Notes under the pieces: model-generated
Database searches by the model: none
Told to the model about the DNA's origin: nothing
The model's input: only the letters and a program-made list of their open reading frames with translations
Shown here: positions 1 to 18,852 of the stretch, one piece after another
Position numbering within the stretch: the first letter of the stretch is position 1
Layout of the letters: each line of letters opens with the position of its first letter
Source of the DNA: the human T2T-CHM13v2.0 reference genome, Homo sapiens
DNA length: 64,000 nt
Strand: one strand, 5' to 3'
Assembly (NCBI RefSeq): GCF_009914755.1
Contig: NC_060928.1
Program-made: the position numbers and the translations under genes

Positions 1-393
1 GAAGCACTGATCAGGGAAGTGAAATGGATTAATTTATTTGGAGAATTTGGAGTGAAGGATGGAATAGAGGGATGAGAGACAGATGAGGGAAACTAGTTAG
101 GAGGCTAGCACAGTAGTCGATATGAAAACTCAAGAAGCATCTTACCCATAGTGTAATTAGGAAGTAGCTTGTTCTTGCTGAGTCCATGCTGATGTCTTCT
201 GATCACTTTCCCCTCAATACCCAACAGAGTTTTAATAGTCTGTTGGTCTCCAGTGGAAGAGAAAGTCAGACAGATCCTAATTCTCTGTCCTATTGATGCT
301 TATATGCTTGGTTCCTAAGGAATGGTATGAAAAATAACATAGAAGTGAAATTCCTAACCTGATTTTGCTCAGCCTCCTAAAAAATATATTCAG

Positions 394-685
<292 letters not shown>

Positions 686-686
<1 letters not shown>

Positions 687-744
687 TATATATATATATG
701 TGTGTATATATATATATGTGTGTGTGTGTGTATATATATATATA
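686..744. repeat. (TA)n/(TG)n compound microsatellite at Alu tail
   Basis: tatatatatgtgtgtatatata...tgtgtgtgtg. Confidence 0.95.
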
Positions 745-879
745 GGGATATCTCCCATATCACCCTCCGATGACCCCACATCCCATTCCAGCTCCCTCCA
801 GTTACTGGCCCAATTTTTTTTTTTTTTTCCTTCAAGAGTTATAGTGGCTACCTTCACCTGCACTCCCTTGCCTTTTCTT

Positions 880-2240
880 TGGTTTACCAGCTGGGCTTCT
901 GACCTCATCATTCCACTAAAATTGCTCTTATAATGTCACGAGCCACCTAGAGCTTGTGAGATATAGTGGTCCCTTCTTTGTACTTTTCTTACTCAACTTC
1001 TCAGTAGCTTTTGTCATAGTTTGGCAAGAGAATGTTTCTTCTATCTTGAAACACTCTCTTTTGGCTCTTGGAGAACCACACCTGCCTGTTTTTCCTTCAA
1101 CTTTCTAGTAGTCTCTACCCAGTCTTCTTTGCTTCTACCTCTTCTTCTCAATTCTGATTTTTATGTCCCCTGAGAACTTGGTCTCCTACATTTCTCTTCT
1201 GGACACCCTTCCAGATGAACTCATCCAGTCTTACAGTGTTAACTACCACCTAATTGATGGTAACTCTCAGTTGTTAATCTATTACTTCAGACTCTTCGAA
1301 GAGCTCCACACTTCTCTATTCAACTGCCATTGTGACTTTTCTAGTTGGCTGTTAACTACACATCTCAAACTCAACATGGCTAAAGTAGAACCCTTGATTC
1401 CACTCCCTGCAATCTGTTTCTTTCCCAGTCTTCTTCTATAGCTCTAAGTGGTGATGACTGTTGCTGCAGCCAAAGCCTAGGAGTCGTCTTCGATTTCTCT
1501 TTTTCCATTATCCCTCATCCAAATTATTCAACCCATTGCAAATACACCACTTCCTTTGCTCCATTACAGAGCCCAAGCCTGAGGCGCCATTATATCTTAT
1601 CTGGACTACTGCAGTGTCTCCAAACTCATCCCTTTGTTTCTGTTCCTGCTTATTCTTTCCACCAGACATCCAAAGACATCTTCTAAAACCCAATGAAATC
1701 ATGCCATTCCCCTGCTCAAAACCTCTCTAGTGGCTTCCCCAGTACTTAGACTAAAGTCCTGTATCTTTGCTGGGGCCTATCATGTAGACTTCATCTCCCA
1801 CACCCTTCCCGTTGCTCTCTGGACTCCAGCCACCCTGGTGTTTATATTGCTCAAACATGACAACCTCATTCTTCACCTGGGATCTTTGCATCCGCTGTTG
1901 CCTCTGCCTGGAAGCATGGCTGCTTCCTTAGGTCACTATGGACTCAGCTCAAACCTCGCCCTCTGGCCACCCACTCAAAAGTAGCCCCACACTAAGCAAT
2001 ATCACTTCATCCAGTTTTAATGCCTTCATATTACTCATCATTATCTGAAATTATCTTGTTCAGATATTATCATTGTCCAAATTATCTCGTTCGGAATCAT
2101 ATGCTTCCATGTTAACCACCTACTTACCTGCCTGAGCTCTAAGAGAGCAACGCTCTTGCCTGTCTTCTTCACTGCTAGTCCCTGGCACCTGGAACAGTGC
2201 CTGGCACATAGTAGATACTTCATGAATGAATGAATGAATG
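880..2240 (+). mobile_element. Ancient L2 LINE fragments
   Basis: L2-like motifs (catctcaaactcaacatg; cagtgcctggcacatagtag) ending in a (tgaa)n tail at about 2223-2240. Confidence 0.65.
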
Positions 2241-2316
2241 TTACCTTTTTGTATTAATTCTTGAGGATGTACTCTTCCTTTCTATTTTTTTTAACCTGAT
2301 ATCATCTAGAAGCTCC

Positions 2317-2782
2317 TGTATTAGTCAGCATTCTCCAGGGAAACAGAACCAATAGGATACACATCATAAAGTACTGGCTCACATGATTATGGAGGCTGAG
2401 AAATCTCATGATCTGCCATTTGCAAGCTGGATACCCAGGTAAGCCAGTGGTGTAGTTCAAACGCCTGAGAGCTGGAGAGCTGAAGTCATAGATTCCAGTT
2501 GAGTCTGAATGTCTGTGAGCCGGGAGAACCAAGGGAAGGGGAAGATCAGTGTCCCAGCTCAAGCAATCAGGTAGAGAGCAAATTTAACCTTGCTCTGTCT
2601 TTTTCTTCTATTCCAGACCTTGAGGTATTGAAATATATACTTTAACATTGGGGAGGGCTGTTGCTTTACTCAGCCTGCTAATGCTAATCTCTTCTAGAAA
2701 CACCTTCACAGACATACCCCAGAAATAATGTTTAACCAGATATCTGGACATCCCATGGCTTAGTCAAAATTAAGCATCATCA
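2317..2782 (-). mobile_element. MLT2-type (ERVL) solo LTR
   Basis: Begins tgtattagtcagcattctccagggaaacagaaccaatagga and ends ...aaaattaagcatcatcac, typical reverse-strand MLT2 ends. Confidence 0.75.
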
Positions 2783-3379
2783 CGTCCCCTGTGCACCCAT
2801 ATTAATTTATTTCCTCATTTTTCCTTTCCTCCTTCATCAGGACAGACTCCTGTTGTTCAGCCAGGATTTTGTTCTTAGAAGCCACCCCTCTCTCCCCATC
2901 CTTCCTGAGCTTCTTTCCCTTAGAGTTTTGTTCATGGGGTAATGGTCATCATCTCTCAGCTCTTTGGAATCTGCACCATTCTCTTCTTTGGTCTGTATGA
3001 ATGCAAAATTTTCTTGGCATTTATTGGTGACAGTTGTGGAAGAGATGTCATGAAGGCTGAGCAGCCTTTACTGTTGAGAAAACCCTTGCGTGTAGATTAA
3101 GTCCTTTTAGATGCAACTGGAGCCCACTTTCTTGGCATCCATCTTTTTATTCTGAAATGCTTTTTCTGATTATACAAGAGTTGATGCTAAATGTAAGAAA
3201 TGCATTCATACAAAAGAGTTAGAGGCACAAGTTTCCCCTGACTCCCATCTCCTAGAGGGAAACCAACATTAAGAGACTGGTGTATATCTTTATACATTTT
3301 ACTGTCTTATTTGTAGAAACAAATGTTTCTGTATGAAATCATTTTTTATATCCTTTTCTACCATTTCTTTTATAACTCA

Positions 3380-3452
3380 GCTCTCTCTCTTGTTCTCTCT
3401 CTCTGTATGTGTGTGTGTATATATGTGTATATATACATATATATATACATAT
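3380..3452. repeat. (CT)n(TG)n(TA)n microsatellite
   Basis: Read directly from the sequence. Confidence 0.85.
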
Positions 3453-3826
3453 ACTTTAAACATCTTTTTATGGTGATAGAGGTGCATCGTTTTTAGCAAT
3501 TTCGTAGTTGTCCCCTGTATGAAGCAGGGGGAAAGGAAGGGCTAGTTTCATGACTGAAGCAGAGCTGCTGTTTGGGCAAGAACATCATCTTTATTTAGCT
3601 TTCATAAACCATCTTGGTTGTGAAAAGACAGCACAGCCAGGATGGGCTGAAAGTGCTTGGGGATGTCTAATCTGCTTAGCATAAGCAACCAACAAGATTC
3701 TGGAGAAAGTCAGGACTCAAGAGTATGCAAATCAGGAGCCAAAGTCAAATTCCTATTTTTGATGGTGAGCAGGGGGAATGACTAGTCTTTTAACAACGGG
3801 AGGGCTGATGTTTAGCTTTTAGTTAG

Positions 3827-4147
<321 letters not shown>

Positions 4148-4240
4148 TGCTGCTATGTTTTGTATGTTGCCACAGAGTGTCTGAGTATCTCACTCCCTCC
4201 TCTGTGGCCTCCCTTTGCTCATTTCCCCAAATACCTATTA

Positions 4241-4586
<346 letters not shown>

Positions 4587-5353
4587 CTATTTGTGAACAT
4601 CAAAGAAAGGCTCTGTGTGGTGTGTCTGTCCACAGTAGATGGGGATGGAGGAGCCATGGGAGGCCGCACAGGGCAGAGAGCCAGGATTCACTGGGGCAGG
4701 GAATTGGACTAACTGTGGACTCCCAAGAACCCCTAGAGAGTTTGGGATGGATGCCGGGCTTCTCTTTCCCCATGAGAAGGGATTTTGATCCAATATTTAA
4801 AATCTTCCGAATGACAGAATAACCCTTGCTGCTATCTGGACTATATACTTTTGTACCATAATTTAGCTAGTTCCTCTTCATGATCATTTAGATTTTTCCA
4901 ATTTTCCCCCTTTATTATACTTTTCTCAGCAATAAAAATATTGCATCTGCTTCCAAACAGATACAGTCAGTTTATATACACTAATAGATACAGTGCTCCC
5001 CACCTCAAAAAAAATAGACGAAGCTATTTTGAAGATGATCCCCTGAGGAGCTGGCATGACTTAGAGCCCATAGTTGCCCTGTGCTACTTCCATGATGTTA
5101 AATTTCAAAGCAGAGATTACATTTTAATTATAATAGCATGCTTTAGAGGGATTCACAGCTTAAAAAAACAACTGGAAGCAAATTGTACATGCAAGTGATT
5201 AAATGTCTTATCCATGTGATTTCCATTCTCAAAGCTTGATTTATAACACTTGGATTCCTAAAATCTGTTCTTGCCTTTTTCTTTCCACCATATTATGAGT
5301 TATCTCAGACTGCTCATGATAAATGAGGTGACTACCACTGATTTTTACAATGA

Positions 5354-5863
<510 letters not shown>

Positions 5864-6248
5864 TAGTCTCTAAAACCAGATGTACAAGTGTACAGTTCCC
5901 CTGTCAACTATAAATGATGTATTATGTGTATTCTGTACAACACATACTAATTTTAATTTCCTACTACATTTCTAGTATGTATAACATTATGAAAATGTTC
6001 ATTAGCATAATTCAACATAATTGCTGAGGACTGTTGAATAAATTTCCTTCTAAGGTTTTAGATGATGTTCTACTCCTTATAATATAATACCAACAACACA
6101 GAGAAAAGTTGTGCAAGAAAATGATTCCTATCTGGAGGCTTGAAGACTTACGCCCCCATCTTTAAAAAAAAAAAAAAACTGGAAATGTACAGTTTGAAAA
6201 TGAAAGGTTCAGGAGAAGAAATAACTCAAAGAATTTTAAAGTTATAGA

Positions 6249-6562
<314 letters not shown>

Positions 6563-6907
6563 AAGGTTATATATTTTAATTTGATCACAGTTTCTATGCA
6601 GTTAACTACTGGGAAAAGCACAACTACTCCTATTTAAGACTCATATGTGATCACTGGTTAAAAAAAAGAGAAATACATATTTCTCAAAATAAGTAATGTA
6701 AATGCAGAATCTGCTGTATCATCTGTTTCATAGTTTAGATATATGAGCTTCCTCCTCTTTTGACACTATCAATGCTAAGTGATCACATTAAATAATCTGT
6801 GCTGATAGTTAAAAGTAAAATTATTTTCATCACAAGCAGAATGTTCTTATTTAGCTTCTCCACAGCTGGCGAGAATTGGTTTAGTTCAGTAAACATTAAC
6901 TATCTGT

Positions 6908-7293
<386 letters not shown>

Positions 7294-7905
7294 TTAGAGT
7301 CCGGTGGGCCCTGGGGTTGGGGGGTGTAGTTTGAAGGACAGTCATAGACAGGTGCTTCAATGTCATCTCGTAAGAGGTAGTAAGGTAGAGTTCTGTGCAG
7401 GCCACTAGGTGAGCTCTCTTCCACCTGGGGTTCTGCAAAACCACCTTGGAGCCAAATCTTTAAGGAGGAATAAGAACCGGGTAAAGAGACAAAACACAGA
7501 GCCAGTGTGAGCTGGGGAGTGCAGAAAAGAGGAGGGAGAATGAATGAGTAGGCATCTGTCCTTGGCCACTGCCTGAGATGGGAAATAGGAAGTAAAAGGA
7601 CTTGGAGGCGAGGGGCCGATGACTTCCACTGCAGATTTCTGGGGTATTGGAGCCGTTTGAGGGATGTTCAATGGGCTGAAGTTCAGCGGAGTGGGCAGGG
7701 CTGGAGCCATGCAGGTGGAGCATACACATGGGAGTCAAAACGATGAGAGAGGTTAATATCCCGGGAGCAAGGAACACTGGGGAATGTGAGTGTTTTAAGA
7801 AGTGGGTAAGGGAAGGGAGTCCACAAAGGAACATGAAGGTAGGAGGAGACCTATGGGACCGCATTGTCCCAAAACAGTAGGGAGTTTTAAGAATGGAGAC
7901 AAAGG

Positions 7906-8788
<883 letters not shown>

Positions 8789-8819
8789 ATATATATAATT
8801 TTGATTTTGCCTGTCCTGT

Positions 8820-9114
8820 TTTTTGGGGGCTAGGGTGTCATGAGTTACAAGTGGCACAATCATAGCTCACTACAGCCTTGAACTTCCAGGCTCAGGTGAT
8901 TTTCCAGGCTCAGGTGATCTTCTTGCCTTAGCCTCCCAAGCAGTTAAGACTACAGGCGTGCACACCATACCCAGCTAATTTAAAAAAAAAAATTGTAGAG
9001 ACAGCTTCTCGCTATGTTGCCTAGGCTGCTTATGAACTCCTGGCCTCAAGCTATCCTCCCACCTTGGCTTATTTAAGTGCTGGGATTACAGGTGTGAGCC
9101 ACCACACCCAGCCT
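8820..9114 (-). mobile_element. AluJ with internal 18-bp tandem duplication
   Basis: Diverged reverse Alu; ttccaggctcaggtgat(t/c) twice at 8884-8919. Confidence 0.85.
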
Positions 9115-10030
9115 CTTTTCCTGTTTTTATCTCTACTCTTAAATAGGATACCCTTCCACTTTTTTTTCCTCCTTTTTACCTCCCCTGTCTGCTGACATTA
9201 AAAATAATAACCACAACTAATTTGCATGGTTCTTTGTAATTTATAAAATACTTTCACGTATCACTTTATTTAATATGCTCACCCATCTTTTGTTTTGGTA
9301 TCATAACTAATTTACAGTTGTTTAGGATGGAGGCCCAGACATACAGATTCCTATGTGCCTTGTAATTCAACCCGTCCTATTGAGGAAACTGAGGCTCGGG
9401 CTTATGTCCTATTCCATCACTGTTTAGAGGGGTTCTGGCTTTAGAAGCTAACCTCCTGATTTTCATTGTGTAACTCTAACTACAAGGTGGAGACACTGGG
9501 GAGGCTCAGGCAACCCTGTTAGAACTCAGTACAGAGGAACTCTGGGCCCATAGGCAACCAAGAGCCTGTGCCTTTAAGCCGTCCTGAATCATGTGCTAGT
9601 TACTGGTAGGCAGTAAGCCAGACCACAGACCCTCCACCCTCATCTGTACTCGTCTGAGACTCCCTCGCTTTGTTCCCACTCATGACCTCTGCTTATTCTC
9701 AGTTCTTTTTCTGTTTCTATCTAGCTTCCTACACTTTGAATTTTGTCTCCTGCTACAGAATATTCCTCCTTTTTGTCCAATCGGCATCCATTCTACTGAA
9801 TCAATCAACAGCACCTCTATATAGTCCACTGGAGATGGCCCATGGCTAATTAGCCTATTCTGCTGCCCTGGCCTCAATGATTGGTTTGGGGGTGGGCTTG
9901 TGATCCAAACCAGGCAAATCAGAGTCAATCCTGGAAAAAGAATCTCTCACAGGGGACCCTATGGCTGCTGCCTGTGTGAACGAAGACAATAAGGAGGTGC
10001 CACAGCTAATGGATGGGGTGGCAAAGTTCT

Positions 10031-10567
10031 CTCTCTTTTTTTTTTAATTATACTTTAAGTTCTTGGATACATGTGCAGAATGTGCAGGTTTGTTACATAA
10101 GTATACATGTACTATGGTGGTTTGATGCACCCATCAACCCATCATCTACATTAGGTATTTCTCCTAATGCTATCCTTCCCCTAGCCCCCCACCCCTTGAC
10201 AGGCCCTGGTGTGTGATGTTCCCCTCCCTGAGTCCATGTGTTCTCACTGTTCAACTCCCACTTATGAGTGAGAACATGCAGTGTTTGTTTTCTGTTCCTG
10301 TGTAGTTTGCTGAGCATGATGGTTTCCAGCTTCATCCAGGTCCCTGCAAAGGACATGAACTCATCCTTTTTTATGGCTGCATAGTACTCCATGGTGTATA
10401 TGTGCCCCATTTTCTTTATCCAGTCTATCATTGATGGGCATTTGGGTTGGTTCCAAGTCTTTCTATTGTGAATAGTGCTGCAATAAACATATGTGTGCAT
10501 GTGTGTTTATAGTAGAATGATTTATAATCCTTTGGGTATATACCCAGTAATGGGATTGCTGGGTCAA
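10031..10567 (-). mobile_element. 5'-truncated L1PA (3' UTR plus ORF2 C-terminus)
   Basis: ttatactttaagtt 3' end; ORF track shows [16 protein letters not shown]; near-TSD gcaa(a/g)gttct. Confidence 0.92.
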
Positions 10568-10724
10568 GCAAGGTTCTTTAATATCCTCTGCACACTGGGA
10601 TCCAACTTATTGGAGCTGGAAGTCTCCCTGCACTTTTCAAGTGCACAAGCCAATGAAGTCCACATGTATGTTTAATTCCATCGAGGTGAGTGGCAGTTGT
10701 AACCACAAAAGCCTTAACTATTAA

Positions 10725-11056
<332 letters not shown>

Positions 11057-11434
11057 TAGTCACCTCTTTTTAGCCTCATTTGGCTCCTGTGTCTTGCTGG
11101 GACTCACTGTGATCGATCTTTGCAATCTCTAGAATTTGCTTCAGACCCAGTCGTCTTACTCTCGGCTTCCTTAGGTACCCTACACCTTGCTGGCTCCTGC
11201 CTCAGCTCCTGAGGCTCAAGCCCTGCGCTCTAACTGGTGTCACTGCCATATACCAGCCCTCTCCTCCCCCACACCACCCCTGCCATGCTCCCTCCCCAAA
11301 CAATCTCATGGGATATTTTCTCATCACAGTGCTATGAGTCAGTTCAAGTTTATGGGTTGCCTATACTTTGTTTGTATGAACTGATTTTTTCTGTTATTAA
11401 TAATGACAGAAGAAATATCTACCACTAACCCAAT

Positions 11435-11990
11435 ACTTTTTTGTTGCAGTAAAATATGCATAACATAAATCCGTCATTTTAACCATTTTTAGGTGTGCAG
11501 TTCAGTGGCATCAGTATATTCACTGTGTTATGCCACCATTACACTACCCATTTCCAGAACTTTTTCATCATCCCACCAGAAACTCTGTAGCCATTAAAAA
11601 TAACTCCTCACTGCTCCCTGCCTCCAGACCCTGGAAACCTCTTTTATTTCTGTCTCTATGAATTTGCCTATTCTAGGCACCTTATATATGGGGAATCCCA
11701 TATTTCTCCTTCTGTGTCTGGTGTATTTCACTTAACATAATATTTTCAGGGCTTGTCTATGTTTTAGCAGTATCAGAATTGTATTCCTTTTTAAGGCTGA
11801 GTATTATTCCCTTGCATGTATATGCCACATTTTGCTTATCCATGTATCTGTCGATGGACATGTAAGTTGTTTTTACCCTTTGGCTACTGTGAATAATGCT
11901 GCTGTGAACATGGGTGTACAAATACCTGTTTGAGTCCCTGCTTTCAATTCTTTTGGGTACATACCAAGAAGTGGAATTCCTGGGTCAACC
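11435..11990 (-). mobile_element. Old L1M (L1MB-like) 3' fragment
   Basis: Typical L1M 3' motifs (ttaaccatttttaggtgtgcagttcagtggca; gtgaataatgctgctgtgaacatggg). Confidence 0.8.
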
Positions 11991-12514
11991 AAGCATGTGC
12001 TATGTATTTTATGCGCATTATTTTATTTACTATTCACAACAACTCTATGTGGTATTATTATTCCTACTTTAAAGCTGAGGAAACTGAGACTCAGAGAAAT
12101 TAACATGCCAACGACACATCCTGTGCTATGCTCTTGCTGCTGCTACTCATAAAGTCATCTCTCCAAGCCGTGAAGGAACACACATGCAGCATACACTGTC
12201 TGCCAGGCCCTGGGCTCCATGCCGAGGCACACAGTCACACGTCATACCTAGTGTTCTCTCCCGTGAATTCGAAGAAAGTGCGATCACCCTGTAGCATGCT
12301 GCATGGATGGTGCAGGGCCAGGTCTACCTTTCACACATGGTGTCTTGTCTTTGCCATTTACACTGCTGGGTTTTATTCTTGCCAAGCCAGTGACCAATTT
12401 TACCAGCCTCTTTCATTTCCTAACCTGAACCAACGCTGTCTATAGGTGGAAGGAACAAAGAAACAAGTGAAGAAAAAAAATTATATATTACTTCTGATTA
12501 TAAAAATGATACGA

Positions 12515-12790
12515 CTGGTTGTGGTGGCTTACGCCTGTAATCCCAGCACTTCGGGAGGTCGAGGTGGGGGGATCATGAGGTCAAGAAATCGAGACCATCC
12601 TGGCCAACATGGTGAAACCCTGTCTCTACTAAAAATACAAAAATTAGCTGGGCATGGTGAGGCACGCCTGTAGTCCCAGCTACTTAGGAGCGGAGGTTGC
12701 AGTGAGCTAAGATCGCGCCACTGCATTCCAGCCTGGTGATAGAGCGAGACTCCATCTCAAAAAAAAAAAAAAAAGAGAGAAAAAAAGAAA
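12515..12790 (+). mobile_element. AluS with right-arm deletion
   Basis: Alu sequence jumps tacttaggag|cggaggttgcag. Confidence 0.9.
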
Positions 12791-13877
12791 AATACATAAT
12801 CATTGCAGACAATTTGGAAAAAAATAGTAACATATTAACAAAAAAAACAGAAACCACCCTATAATCATGCCACTTGAGATAACTGTTCTAAAAAAAAAGT
12901 TTAAAATAAATTAATAATATGTTATCATCAATTAGAAAAGATCAAAGTAGTTTGGTATCAATTTACTCAATAAAACAAAAGAGAGAAATTGGCCCTAAAT
13001 ATTTCCCCATCTACTTTTGACAGATTTAAATTATTCAATTCAGTTACTGCAGATTTATGTCTTTCTGTTTGAAGGACATTTATCCTACAGAACTTGCCAG
13101 ATGGTGCCCTGCAATGGCTCTATGATTATCCATCATCATTAGAAGAAAATGCTCCGTAATCTGTGTGCATTAACTTTAACTATTTGGAAGGAACATGTGT
13201 ACTTTGGAAGAAAGCTACCACATGGAGAAAGTATACAGGAAGACCTTTCTAGTGGTAAACATTATTGTCTGAACTCGAATGCCAGAGGCAGAAATGACAC
13301 TGGATTTACACCAGGATAAGGATTCCCTCCCTTTGTGCCTCCATAGGGTACTTTCTGCCTGCCGTCACTTTAGGTCAGGTTGCTGTGGCTGCTCAATGCC
13401 TTAGCGTTGCTCTATAGGGCTGCTCAAGCCATATGGCACCTCTGTACAAATTACAAAGTGCCCCTTCCTTCCTGTGAAAGGAGGTGGCCTTGCTCCATCG
13501 CTTGGTCAGCAGAAGGGTGGTGAGTTCATTCTTCACCTGCATCTTTGTCCAGGTACCCTCGTTCAGCAATCAAAAACTCTATGTAATGATCCTGGCTCTG
13601 CCTTTTTGAGGCTTCCCTTCCTCTGGGGGTGCTGATGCTGTGGCATATTCTAGATCGAGGTGATGCGGCCCCACTTCTAGGTGAGCCCTGGTGATGTGGC
13701 CCTCAATTCAATACATATCTTTTGAACTCTTACTGTCCAAACCTGGTCCCCATGGAAAGGCTACTTGGACGTGGACATCGGTCCTGCCTTCTCTTTGGCC
13801 ACTGCCACCAACTCTGTGTTACACAGGCTAGAACTTTAAACAGTCCTCTAAGTCTCAGCTGGATTTATTGGTGGTAG

Positions 13878-14220
<343 letters not shown>

Positions 14221-14827
14221 ATATTACTGTTGTAAGTATTAACAGCTATTCAAATTAACACAGACTTCTAATAGAGGCGGGAAGAGATCACTTAGATCTT
14301 CCAAAGCCATGACCCCACTCAAAACTCTCCCCATTTCGAATTTATTCTTTTTCATTGGAAGCTAAAGTGCACTCTCCTTCTACAAAAGGAGATTTTACAA
14401 TTTTTACAAAATTGATTTTACAATTCTATTTTTTTGTGTGTGCCTTGGTTCTTACACTTGCTAGGACTACTAGGTTTCAAGTGTTTCTCTCTTTTAAGGT
14501 ACTCCTGAAGAGTCTCTCTCTTATATCTATTGCTGTTTAACTCATATTTTCTTTGGTCTGGGGAGCCAAGATCCCAAGATCCACGATTCCAGCTGTAGGC
14601 AGCTTGGGTTTTTGCTTTACCATGGTGATGTTTTTATAAAAGCCAAAACAGCAATTACAGTGTCTTAGAAGTGGTGGATGAATTTTGCATGTTAGAAACA
14701 GTCATTGTGCCATTATGCAAATGAAATGTAATTTTATGGAAATATGTGATGCAGAGTGAAGCTGAGTGGCTTAAGTACAAATCCTTATGCTTTTGTTTGG
14801 TTAATGCACTTTCAAAAATATTGTTAG

Positions 14828-14996
14828 GTTAGCTGGCACAGCAAGCATCTGTAGTCCCAGCTACTCAGGAGGCTGACGCGGGAGGATCACTTGAGCCCAG
14901 GGGTTCGAGGCTGCAGTGTGCTACAGTTAGTTGTGCCTGTGAATAGCCACCGCACTCCATCCTGGGCAACATAGCAAATCCCTGTTTCTGAAAAAC
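14828..14996 (+). mobile_element. Alu monomer (FRAM/FAM-like)
   Basis: Single diverged arm. Confidence 0.75.
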
Positions 14997-15089
14997 ACAT
15001 TTTAAAAATTGTTAAGTTGAAATTCAGGTCATTATTGTCCCTTCACAATAACAGAAATGACTGACAATGGCAAATGTGATTAAAAGCAT

Positions 15090-15290
15090 GCACTCTAGAG
15101 TTACCTACTAGCTTAAGGTCCTTGGGAAAAGCACCGAATCTCTCTGCCTTAGTTTCCCCATCTGTAAAATGGGGCTAATAATAGTATCACTATCTTGGGT
15201 TTTTGCAAGGATTCAATGAGTTAAGATGTGTGAAGTGCTTAGAATAGGGCCTGGCATATAGTTGGAACTACTAGTTTAAAAGTGTTAGCT
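15090..15290 (+). mobile_element. MIR
   Basis: MIR core ttagtttccccatctgtaaaatggggctaataatagta. Confidence 0.75.
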
Positions 15291-16467
15291 ATCACATGAA
15301 AAATAATATGATTATCTTCTGGAAGTCAGATACAATTTAAGGATGCATTTTATAATATGGTATTACTTCTTCAATGCTTCAACCAACCTAATTGTGATGA
15401 AGTCCAACAGCGGCAAATATTGATGTTGTTTTGTTTTACACACTTTTGGTAATTGAATTACTGTAGGCATTTTCCCTCTTGGACAGGATATGTTGATATC
15501 AGAGTCAAGGTAAGTGTAGTAAATAGAAGCTTAGGTTTTTTTTTGACACCTGATTGGTGAGTCTGATTCTGTTATAATTTCTTAATTCCCATGACAAGAT
15601 CCACTGCTCTGTTTTGCTTCTTGAACAGCTTGTCTGGATTGTACTTTCTCTCTTGCCGCTGTAGCGCAGCCAGCCCTTGCAGTGGGTATACTTTTGAAAA
15701 TCTGGACCTTGATTTTGCAGCTTGTCTGCACAATAAACAGCCGACCCATGCCAATTTTCTTCCAGGCGGTCTTTGGCAGAGGAATTATGACTGGCTGCTC
15801 CTCAGTGGGTGGCCAGAAATTTAGTTAAAATATAAGAAATCCAACTGCAAACTATTTCAATCTTTTCTATTGCAGAAACGGATGCCGTTATAACTTTGAA
15901 AAATCCATCATGGCCACTTAATTTCCCTCTTTACATTACATTTTAGACGAGTAATTCTTTTGAAATCCAAGGTCATATGAACCACAGGCAAAATTCTCGG
16001 CAGTGCTGAAGATTCTCCCTGAAAGGTCTCTAGGCTCGGCTTAGGAACTGTGGGTGAGGAAACAAAGAATTTCCTTTTGGACTGTTAGTCTGAGCTAGCT
16101 CATCATTGTCCCTCTTTGTTGGTGCTCTAAATGTGTCATGATGAAATTGCAAGACGGTTCAATGCCAAACTGCATTTAGTAATCTTCTTAATCTCTTTTT
16201 GATGCTTTTATAGTGGCTAGTGGTATCTGTGGTTAAGGGATGCCAGACAGTTTTTCTTTTTAAATAGCCAGTCTAGCATTTATCTGTCTATTCATCTACC
16301 AGTCCAGCTCTTGAATTGGAAATGATTATAGGTGATTTATAAGTATATATAAGATATGACAATGTACTATGGATTAAAAACTGAGTGACAGAGGAAGGAA
16401 ACACAATGATAAGATCATAATACTAAGTCAGAATGAAAGTTAAAATGCAAGATCATGTAGCGTTATA

Positions 16468-16632
16468 TCAGCAGTTTCAAAATTTAGCAACCGCTGTACT
16501 CCCCATGGGGTATTTGTTAAGAATGCAAGTTCCTTAACCCCACCCTCGGACCCCTGGCACCTATATTGTTAACCCGTGCCCCCAGGTGATCCTGATGCAG
16601 GTGGTTGTAGGACCACACTTTAGAAGCACTGA
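16468..16632. mobile_element. MER5-type hAT-Charlie fragment
   Basis: caggtgatcctgatgcaggtggttgtaggaccacactttagaagcactg terminus. Confidence 0.6.
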
Positions 16633-17411
16633 CCTATTTCCTTGCTGCAGATGGGTAAATTTGGCTCCAGGTTTTCTGGCAGTCAACATGAAAAATGAAG
16701 GCTAAGTTTTCCTAGTGTGCAGGAGATAACATCCTTGGCATATGGTATCAATGAAGATGTAACTATGCTTATATCAACTTGAATAGCTGAATAGGATTTT
16801 GACTTGTATAGGAATTCAGAAAGGAAATGTCTTCTGTAGTCCTCCCTAACGTGAACTATGTCAATGAGTCTGTGGCAGCCAACTAAACGATATTAACTAA
16901 ACTTTTCTTTTGGTCAGGGGATGCTAAAGCCTCTTAGGGAGAAAGAAAGAGAAGAAAAAGGAGGAGAAAGATGGGAAAATACAAAAAAGGCAGAGGAGTG
17001 AGAAATGAAAAATAACTATGGCCACACTCTGAACAGTGGTTTGCTACTGTCCACAAAAGGTAAATACATGCACACCCCATGACCCGGCAGTTCCATTCCT
17101 AAGAATTCGTGCACATTATTGCCAAAAAACATGAATGGAAAGTTGACAGCAACGTGGTTTACAGTAGCCCAAAACTGGAAACAACCCATCAACAGTAGAA
17201 TAGTAGAATGGATACATTGTTAAATACAATGTAATACTAAAAAGCAACTAAATGAACTACAGTTATGTGTAAAAACACGAGTGAATTCTAAAAACATAAT
17301 GCTGATCAAATCAGATGGGAGAAAATACATACTGTATGACTCCATGTATTTAAATTTCAAGGTGAGTAAGAAGAGAACTGATGTATTGTTTAGGATTGCA
17401 TGCTTTTTAAG

Positions 17412-17703
17412 TTTTTGAGACAGAGTCTCACTCTGTCACCCAGGCTGGAGTGTAATGGCGTGATCATGGCTCATTGCAGCATCAGACTCCTGGGCTCAAG
17501 TGATCCTCCCACCTTAGCCTCCCAAAGTGTTGGGATTACAAGTGTGAGCCATCATGCCTGGCCAACTTTTTGGATTTTTTTTTTTTTAAGACAGAGTCTT
17601 CCTGTATTGCCCAGGCTGGATTTGAACTCATGGGCTCAAGTGATCCTCCTGCCTCAGCCTCCTGAGTAGCTGCAATTACAGATGTGTGCCACTGCACCTG
17701 GCT
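17412..17703 (-). mobile_element. Two adjacent old Alu monomers (FRAM-like and FLAM-like)
   Basis: Two reverse monomers, each with its own T tract. Confidence 0.8.
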
Positions 17704-18081
17704 AAACATTTTAAAGTCAGGATAAACTAATTAAGTTATTAAACTTTTCCTTGAAATGCTGTGTTCTGTGGTTACAGTTTTCTAGAAGGACTGTAACACT
17801 TTTAAGCAAATCTGCCTTAGCCATCTGAAGATTTTATTTTGCATGAAATAAATACTAAGCATATGTTTGTTTTCCTAAAGAAATATTTTCCATATATTAA
17901 GATAACACATACTTATTTTAAATGATAAATAATGAGAAGCTGAAAAATTAAGGGACATTTAAAAGATAAAAACTGTGAGAAAGGTAGAGAAAATCTTACT
18001 GGATTATACTGTTAGTAATGTCCTCTCCCATTCATATGGAGAAAGAATGGATTAGGAGACTTCTTGATACTGAGTTTATGA

Positions 18082-18852
<771 letters not shown>
